Of a stretch of DNA of 64,000 bases, positions 55,003 to 64,000 are shown in pieces. The first letter of the stretch is position 1; each line of letters starts with the position of its first letter. Below the pieces are notes generated by a model. That model worked only from the letters and a program-made list of their open reading frames with translations, was not told the origin of the DNA and did no database searches. Source of the DNA: the human T2T-CHM13v2.0 reference genome, Homo sapiens. The stretch lies in the NCBI RefSeq assembly GCF_009914755.1, contig NC_060928.1. One strand, written 5' to 3'. Made by a program: the position numbers and the translations under genes.

Positions 55003-58000
55003 CTTTGAAGAAAGAATTTTCTCCATCACAAAAGAGTAAGACCACAGCAAACGCTATAGAAAGGATTGATACAAATAACTTAGAAGATAAATTTTATATT
55101 ACCAGGAATTAATAGAGCTTGGCTATTTTTAAAATGACTTAATCACTCAATTTCTTTGGAAGGAGTTGTGTAATCTGAAATAGATGGCCTCTATTAGGCA
55201 TATTATGTAAATGTTTGTATGTGTGTATGTGTAAGAAAGAAACGAAATAGAGCTAGTATATAATAGTCAGGGAGAGATAATGTTAGACAATAATGTACTC
55301 AGATGCCTAATTTATGTTACTAATTACTAATATAGATTCCTGAAAGCAGGCATCACAGCTAGTTCTAAATTCAGTTTTAATTCTATCTTGTTATACTTTT
55401 ACCAAATCACTTGTGTTTATTCTATGTAAGTTTTCTGGAGAATACTTTTAATTTGGAGTCATTTGGCTTTACTTGTCTGACTACAAGCAGTGTGGAAAAG
55501 TTACTTGTGGTTTTGTCATCTCTATGATCTTTTATAACTCACCTTAAAAATTGCAGGAATTTCTTAAACATTTCCCCTAAAATACCTCTTAAAAGCTGGA
55601 GGTTAAGAGTTGCTGACAGTTAGAAGTCTGGTATTCTGGCTTGCAATTTCTGTGAAATAGTCCTAAGAGTTCTGCTTATATCCAGAACAATACTTGTATA
55701 ATACCTATTAGAGTGAGCCTTATTTCTGGGCTTCTTTAACTTTTGCACTGAAATCATACTGTAAAATTGATATCCCTGTAGAATGTGCTGTTTGTAACTG
55801 GCAGTGTGGGACCCTCATCATTACCTACCTCATGGGGGTGATGAAAGGATGAATGCATTAACTTGGTAAAGCACTAAACTTGTACATAGCAACTTAAATT
55901 TGCATTTATTTTAATTATTATTAAGTGAAGAGAAAAATTTCCACAATGATTCTAGTTCTTACTTTCATTACCTAATATATTTTTTAAATGTAATATGTTT
56001 CAAATACAAATGATAAAAATACGAGCATATGCTACTTCAAAAGTAGGAATTAACTTTATGGTATAAACTGAGGGCTGGTAAATTGAGGCCTTTGGGCCAA
56101 ATCTGACCAACCACGTGTTTTTTTTAATAATTGAGGTAAAATCACATACAATAAAATTTCATTTTATTTGTTATAAATAATATTATTAATAACCCTTTTA
56201 AAGTGAATAATTCAGTAGCACTTAATACATACACAGTGTTGTGCAACTGTCACTACAATCTAGAATCAAAGAATTTTCATCCCCCTAAAAGAATATCTGT
56301 ACACATTAGACAGTTACTTCCCATTCAACCATCCCCCAGCCTGGTAACCTGGCATTATGTGTTAAAATCATTCTACTTGCTATTAGAAAATCAAAACAGA
56401 AACAAACAAAAAACCATACAGCAATATACCTTTAACAAAGTGAGGTTTTTTCCTTAATTTTCACATATGCTTAATTATCATTTTCTGATATGGAAATATG
56501 TACTTTTAGCTCCCTGATTGCTTTTTGCTACAATATATGCAGACAGTAGAGATATTTTACAAGAAAATCTTGTACCAGTCACTTTCCAAATGGTATCATG
56601 GCATGGGAAGTCCCATGGACCAGCTCCCAAGTAAAACAGGAGTAACTAGTGATTTTTTTTTTTAAATAATTTGCAGTCTCTAAGAATTGTCCTAAGGACA
56701 TACAACAAATAAAGAAATATGTGCTGAAGAAACTCCACTATTTCTTGGTGAAATTAAACCACAACATGCTCATTTGTCCACCTCCTAATTCATGGTAACA
56801 GAAACTCCATCATTCCAGAGAGGTATAAACAATACCACAGGGCTCCCACTTTTGAAGCTCCCAGTTGAGGACTATGGTATCTTGTTGGGAGGCAACGTTG
56901 CCCTGAATTTTTCATGCACATACCCAAGTATGTGTTACAGAGGCTAAATTCCAGGCAAGTGTGGCTAAGAAGGATCTCCCATATTCCATCCAGCCACTGT
57001 CATAACACAGATGTTCTATTCATGAACACTGAGTACCAAATAGCCACTATCCCAGTTGGAGATTCCATGAGAGGAGAGGAAAACTGAGAATAAAGGCCAA
57101 AGTAGAAATGCACCACTGTCCATGCCCCCAGTCCTATAGTCAAGGTCAAGACACTCTGCACAGGGGAGAGTCAGGCCATAAACACAGAGCTACAAATGTT
57201 TTCCCAAAGGAACTTACTTTATTTGAAACAGTGTGAAAATTGTAATCCTAAGAGTGCTCTGAAAACACGGAGGCTTTCTGGTAAATAATTAAGAGGAAGC
57301 TGTTAGCTTCAGAACACATAAATGCTAAACCACAGGCAAACTAATTTATTAGAGGAAACCAAAGATACAGATTGAAAAAAATCTTCCTGGGGTCTGAGCA
57401 ATGATCAAATACTGACCTCAAAAACTATCGCTGCAAAAGAATCACTGAATTTTATTGGATCAGACTGTGGAACAATTTATACTCTCAGGCCATTATCAAA
57501 AGTAATAGAGCACTCAATCAGCAACTTGTGAAGGCTAACAGCAGGGTTCAGCCGTAGAAGAGGCAGTCAAAGAATGTCCTCCTGCAACCACCATTATTAC
57601 AGGACATGTGAGCATACCAAGGCTGCACCCTTGCATAGCAATATCAAGCTTAACACTGCAAAGGAAAGAGGCTTCGCTAAAATAGTCCATCTAGTCATCA
57701 GCCACAGATTAAAATACACAGAAAGAGGATATCTAATATCTACAGTTGCTACAATCTATTATCAAACATGTAGAGTTTTTAACACAAATTTAAATGACAT
57801 GCTGAAAAGAAATCAGGAGAGTATGATTCCCACGTGAGGCAAAAGCAGGCAACAGAACCTGCCTGTTTAAGAGACAAGGTGTTGGATTTAATAGGCAAAA
57901 CCTTCAAAATAATCATTATAAATATGTTCAGAGACCTAAAAGAAGTAATACTAAAGAGGAAAAGCAGGTATAGTAACAATGCAGTATCCAATAGAAGATA

Positions 58001-59042
58001 TATGGAAAGTGATAGTAATTATATTTTTTAAAAAGAAGCAAATGGAAATATTGGAGTTGAAAACTGCAATAACTGAAATTAAAAAAAATTTACAAGAACT
58101 CAACAGTAGATATGAGATAGCAGAAGACAGAGCCAGCCAACTTGAAGGTAGGTCAGTAGACATTGTGTAACCCAAAGAACAGAAGATAGAAAATAAAGAA
58201 AAACGAAGACAGTCTTACAGAATTTTGCGACAATCTTAAGCATTTCAACATACACAAAGTGAAAGTAATAGAAAAGGAAAAAAAAGAAGAGAAGGGAACA
58301 GAAAAAAACTTACAAAAATAGTGCCTAAAGACTCTTCAAATATGATGAGACATTAATTTACAAAGGCCAGAAATACAACAAATTTCAAGTAAGATAAACA
58401 CAGAGATCCAATCACAGAAACATCATAGAGAAAGACTGAGGGTAAAGACAGAAGATGGCAAAGAAACAAGAGAGAAACAGCTCATGACGTTCAAGGGCAC
58501 TCCAAAATCATGAATAGCTGACTTATCATCAGAAACTATAGAACCCATAAGGCACTAGCATGTCATATTCAAACTAATGAAAGAAAAAATTCAACCTAGA
58601 ACTTTATCTACCACAAAACTATTTTCCAAAACTGAAGGAAATAAAAAATAAAAAAAAAATACATTCCCAAGCCAACAAAAACAGACAACTTGTTGCTAGC
58701 AAACCTGTCTTATAAGAAACACTAAAAGAAGCTCTTCAGATTGAAACCAATTAAGCAAGCCTAATCCACACAATAAAGGAAAGAGCACCAATAAAGGTCA
58801 TTATACAATTATAAAAGATAGTATAAATCTACATTTCTTCTCCTTTTTTCTTTGAACAAACTTCAGAAGGAAGTATATAGAGCATGTATACATACAGTCA
58901 TATCGTTGGGCATATCACCTATAAATATACATGTCTGTCAATAACAGCACAAAAGAGATGATTGGGAGCAAAGCTTTGTTAGAGTAAGAAATGGCAACAA
59001 ATAGCAACCTGAATCCACAGGAACGAATAATGAGAACCAATA

Positions 59043-59093
59043 ATATTCTGATTTATCTTCAGATTGTATAAATCTTTCACCTTTCACTAAAGA
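59043..59093 (+). pseudogene. 3'-truncated (tailless) U5 snRNA retropseudogene
   Basis: atattctgatttatcttcagattgtataaatctttcacctttcactaaaga aligns ungapped to U5 nt 1-51 (~6-7 mismatches); flanked by direct repeat gagaaccaata (59032-59042, 59092-59102). Confidence 0.88.
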
Positions 59094-60144
59094 GAACCAA
59101 TAATGGTAAATAATATGATTAGTATAATCAAAGATAAAAATATATACTTGCTCTCCAAATTGTTTCCATTTCTAAAAAGACATACAATTATATAGTGTCA
59201 TAAAAACAATGTAATGTTGTGTTGGTAACATACATAGATGCAATATCTATAACAATAATACCACATGTAACACAAAGAAATGATAAATGCTTAAGGGGAT
59301 AGATATCCCATTTAATTTAATGTGATAATTATACATTGTATGCCTGTATCAAAATATCTCATATACCCCATAAATATATATACCTAGTATTTACTCATAA
59401 AAGTAATACTAATATCACAAAAATGGGAAGAGACTGGAACTATATGTGAATAATGTCTCTACAGAGGACAGAGATTTAAGTCAGTATAAATCTGAAGTTG
59501 ATTCTGATAATTTACCATATATATCTGGTAAGCCCTAGAGCAATCACTAAGGAAATAACGATGAAAAATAGTAAAATGGAACATGTTCACTTAGTGCAAA
59601 GAAATATATATTTAAAAAGAAGAAAAAATTAAATGTATATATATGACAACAGTAAACAGCAAACGTAAATTTAATCATAATAAAAACACCACATGTAAAT
59701 GGATTTTAAAAATCTAGTCAAAAGGCATATATTACAGACCATATTTTCTTTAAATCCAACCATATGCTACATAATAGGACACACTAGAAATTCACATATA
59801 CAAATAGGTTAATATAAAAGGATGGAAGGAGATATACAAGGAAACAGCAAACATAATAAAGCTGAGGTGGCTATACTTATTTCAGGCAGGTAGATTTCTA
59901 ACCAAAAATGTTAGTAGAGGTGAAGAAGGACATTTTACAATTGTTACAGTATAAATCCATCAGGAACACATAACAATAATAAGTATATGTGCATCTATTA
60001 ACAGAGTTCAAAATACAGGAGGAAAAACCATACAGAAATGGAGAAACAGACAATCCAAACAATAATAATTTGCAAATCTGTAGTAATCAAGAAAGTGTGG
60101 TACAGGCATCAACAGAATTGATTTTTAAATCCAGAAGAATTATT

Positions 60145-61802
60145 GGAAGAATATGGGTTTGAACTGTGCAGGTCCACTTACACACAGTTTTCCTTTCACT
60201 TCTACTACCCCTGAGACATCAAGACTAACCCCTTCCTCCTCATCATCCTCAGCCAACTCAACACAAAAATGATAATAAAGATCTTTATTATAATTTACTT
60301 CCACTTAATAAATAGTAAATATTTTTTCCTTTTTATAATTGTGTTAGTCTGTTGTCATACTGCTAATAAAGACATACCCAAGACTGTGTAATTATAAAGA
60401 AAAGGAGGTTTAATGGACTCACAGTTCCACATGGCTGGGGAAGCCTCACAATCATGGTGAAAGGTGAAGGAGAAGCAAAGGCATGTTTTACACGGCAGCA
60501 GGCAAAACAGCATGTGCAGGGGAACTGCCCTTTATAAAACCATCAAATCTCATGAGACCTATTCACTATCATGAGAGCAACACAGGAAAAACCCACCTCC
60601 ATGATTCAGTTACCTCCCACTGAGTCCCTTCCACAACACATGGGGATTATGGGTGCTGTAATTCAAGATGAGATTTGGATGGGGACACAGCCAAACCATA
60701 TCTTTCTGCCCCTGGCCCCTCCCAAATCTCATATCCTCACATTTCAAAACCAATCATGCCTTCCCAACAGCCCCCCAAAGTCTTAACTCATTCCAGCATT
60801 AACTCAAAAGTCCAAGTCCAAAGTCTAATCTGAGACAAGGCAAGTCCCTTCCATTTATTAGCCCATAAAATCAAAAGCAAGTTAGTTACTTCCTAGATAC
60901 AATGGGGGTACAGGCATTGGGTAAATACACCCATTCTAAATGGCAAAAAATGGCCAAAATGAAGGGGCTATAGGCCCCATGCAAGTCTGAAATCCAGGGG
61001 GGCAGTCAAATCTTAAAGCTCCAAGATGATCTTCTTTGACTCCATGTCTCACATCCAGGTCATGCTGATGTGAGAGGTGGGTTCCTATGGTCTTGGGCAA
61101 GTCTGCTGCTGTGGCTTTGTGGGGTACAGCCCCCTTCCCTGCTGCTTTCACAGCACCACTAGGCAGTGCCCCAGTGGGGACTCTGTGTGGGGGATCCCAT
61201 CCTATTTCTGGTACCAATTTACTGTATTAGTCCATTCTCATGCTGCTAATAAAGACATACCAAGACTGGGTCATTTATAAAGAAAAAGTGTTTTAATGGA
61301 CTCACAGATCCACATGGTTGGGGAGGCCTCACCATCATGGTGGAAATGAAGGAGAAGCAAAAGCACATCTTACATGGCAGCAGACAAGACAGTATGTGCA
61401 GGGGAACTGCCCTTTATAAAAGCATCAGATCTTGTGAGACTTACCATCACAAGAACAGCACAGGAAAAACCCACCCCCATGATTAAATTACCTCCTGCTG
61501 GGTCCCTCCCACAACATGTGGGGATTATGGGAGCTACAATTCAAGATGAGATTTGAGTGGGAACACAGTCAAGACATATCAATAATTTTCTTAATAACAT
61601 TTTCCTCTAGTTTATTATAAGAATACAGTAATAACATATAACATAAAAAATATATTTTAACCAAATTTTTATGTTATTGGAAAGGCTTCTGGTCAACATC
61701 AGGCTATTAGTTATGTTTTAGGGAGTCAAAGTTATATGCAAATTATTGACTTCCTGGGAGATCAGTGCCCTTAAGCCCCACATTGTTCAAGGATCAACTG
61801 TA
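60145..61802. mobile_element. Tigger2a-type DNA transposon split by THE1
   Basis: gggtttgaactgtgcaggtccactta... and ...ttgttcaaggatcaactgta termini. Confidence 0.75.
60340..61581 (-). mobile_element. THE1 LTR-internal(deleted)-LTR
   Basis: LTRs ~60340-60702 and ~61223-61581; TSD ataat (60335-60339, 61582-61586). Confidence 0.9.
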
Positions 61803-62286
61803 CAGCCATATATTATGGTCAATTAATTTTTGACAAGAATGTCAGAACTATACAATAAAGAAAGTACAGCCTCTTTAAAAATGTTGGTGGGAAAACAGAT
61901 TTGCCCCATCAAAAGAATGAAATTGGATCCCTTTCTTCAAACCATATACAATAATTAATTGAAAATAAATAAAAACCTACATGTAAGAGCTATAACTATA
62001 AAACTCTAAATATAAAAAAAGATAAATATTTGTAACATTTAATTTGGCAATTGTTTCTTAGATATGACACCAAAAGGAGAAACAACCAAATTAAAATGAA
62101 CGAATTGGACTTCATAAAAATTAAAACTTATGTGCATCAAAGAATACCATCAAGAAAGTGAAATGACGAGCCACAAAATTGGAGAATATATTTACAAACC
62201 ATATATCTGATAAGTTACTTTTATCAAGAAAATGTAAAGAAAATTTAACATTCAAGAAGAAAACAACACAATGAAGAAGTGGGTCT

Positions 62287-63411
62287 AATTATTACTTTAG
62301 GTTTGAAAGTTATGGAAAAATGCTGTTGTGGCCAATGAAATATAATCAATGGAGCAATTTAAAGACACTACTGAATGAACTTGTTTGGATAGTTCATGAG
62401 GATAGTTCATGAGGTTCTGACACCTTCATATTTCATTACCCTTGATCTCGATAAACTATTATTAAATTTGAAATTTTTTCTACATCTTATACTAGAGTTG
62501 AACTGGAATTTTTTTTTTTTTTACCAAATGAGTCAGGAAATGGGTGTATAATTTGCCAAAAGACACACATTGAGCATATTTTCCATTACTGCAAAAATGT
62601 TCTGGGGCGAAAGTTCTGATTACTTTGAAAAGTTCTATAGAGATGTAGTTCTGAACAAGAAACTTATGACAAACTACAAAAATCAAAGTTTGACATTACT
62701 ATGGTTTAAATGTGTTCCCTTCAAAATTCAAAATGTTGAATTTCCATTTCAAAATTCAAATGTTGCCAATGTGACAGTATTGAGGTAGACCTTTTAAGAG
62801 GAGATTAGGCCATGAGGGCTTCTCCCTTGTGAATGGGACTAGGTGCCCTTATAACAGAACTTGACAGTGACAGTTTGCCCCTTTTTGCCTTTATGTCTTT
62901 ATGCCTTCTGCCAAGAGAGGACACAGCATTCCTCACTTCCAGAAGACTCAGTGTTCCAGGAGCCATCTTGGAAGCAGAGACCAGAGAGACCCTCACCAGA
63001 CAATGAATCTACTAGCCCCTTGATCTTGAACTTTCCAGCCTCCAGTACTGTGTGAAGCAAATTTCGGTTCTTTATAAATTATCCACTCTCAGGTATTTTG
63101 TTATAGCAGTGCAAATGGACTAAGACAATGTCCTTCTTGGAGATGCCAGTGGTCCCTGTGGTGAGTTGCTGTCTGAGATACTTGAAATGTCCTTTGTGTA
63201 TAGTCTCTGCTTCTCTCTTGGCTATACATTGAAAAAATATAGGTGAGGACTTTGATTCCTTCCTTCCTATATATCCGTTGTTATATCTGAATTAAGTGGT
63301 AGAATGAAATTTATGGAGAAGGTAAAAATATGATATATGTGCTTTATTTTGACTTTTGGTTCCAAACGTTTTATGAAAAGAAATGAGATCAGTTTTACAG
63401 AGAAATATTAG
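62287..63411 (+). pseudogene. UGT2B-like pseudogene, exon 1 relic (5'-truncated, interrupted by an MST LTR)
   Basis: YFRFESYGKMLLWPMKYNQWSNLKTLLNELVWIVHE...FEKFYRDVVLNKKLMT...[LTR 62697-63127]...VLLGDASGPCGELLSEILEMSFVYSL...MIYVLYFDFWFQTFYEKK*DQFYREIL G|gtacgc; multiple stops and frameshifts. Confidence 0.93.
62697..63127 (+). mobile_element. MSTC/MSTD-type LTR inserted in the UGT2B exon 1 relic
   Basis: tactatggtttaaatgtg...ggactaagaca; flanks acat/atgt. Confidence 0.85.
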
Positions 63412-63486
63412 GTACGCTGTTTTTATATGGTAGCATAAACATTCAACTTTCTTTGTGCATTTGAAGGTGAGCTTATATGAATATAA

Positions 63487-63805
<319 letters not shown>

Positions 63806-64000
63806 AAAAATCAAAGAAAGTTTTCTTTTATAGGTAAATAAGGAAATGAAAATATAAAATGATCTATCAATCTGATAAATATTCTGAAGGGGCTTACATT
63901 ATAGGGTCAGTTAGAACCCTGTGGCCATCACTCATACAAGACACTCTAAGAAATCATAACTCTGCAAATTGAAGCACCTAGGATTTCTTTCGGAAATTAC

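Larger units (their letters stand above)
56580..62284 (+). mobile_element. Fragmented old L1M (5'UTR/ORF1/ORF2 pieces) with nested elements
   Basis: ORF1-like QMEILELKTAITEIKKNLQELNSRYEIAEDRASQLEGRS (57979-58170); ORF2 motifs at 59.7-60.1 kb and 61.8-62.28 kb; L1MA 3' piece ~59265-59410. Confidence 0.8.

Overview
Primate (human-like) genomic DNA, AT-rich and repeat-dense, matching the chr4q13.2 TMPRSS11/UGT2B neighbourhood. The only intact gene is the 5' half of TMPRSS11B on the minus strand: coding exons 1-6 at 13859..654, encoding the cytoplasmic tail, TM anchor and SEA domain; the protease exons lie off the left edge. The ~50 kb upstream is not just repeats. It holds (i) exon relics of an unprocessed TMPRSS11B-like pseudogene (exon 3 and exon 7 paralogues); (ii) UGT2B-like pseudogene exons 3, 4 and 5 on the minus strand, with an exon 1 relic on the opposite strand; (iii) a ~5.7 kb MER41 endogenous retrovirus with an R-U5-internal-U3-R-A(n) structure and a 12-bp TSD, i.e. 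apparently retroposed as an mRNA by L1; (iv) a tailless U5 snRNA retrocopy; and (v) solo LTR7, LTR5 and LTR8 elements and nested MaLR/Alu/L1 insertions. TMPRSS11B intron 5 carries a 179-bp, 97%-identical inverted repeat that I do not recognise as a repeat family. Gene and repeat families were recognised by eye from remembered consensus sequences. Subfamily calls and most repeat boundaries are approximate, and whether the relics are already annotated cannot be judged here.
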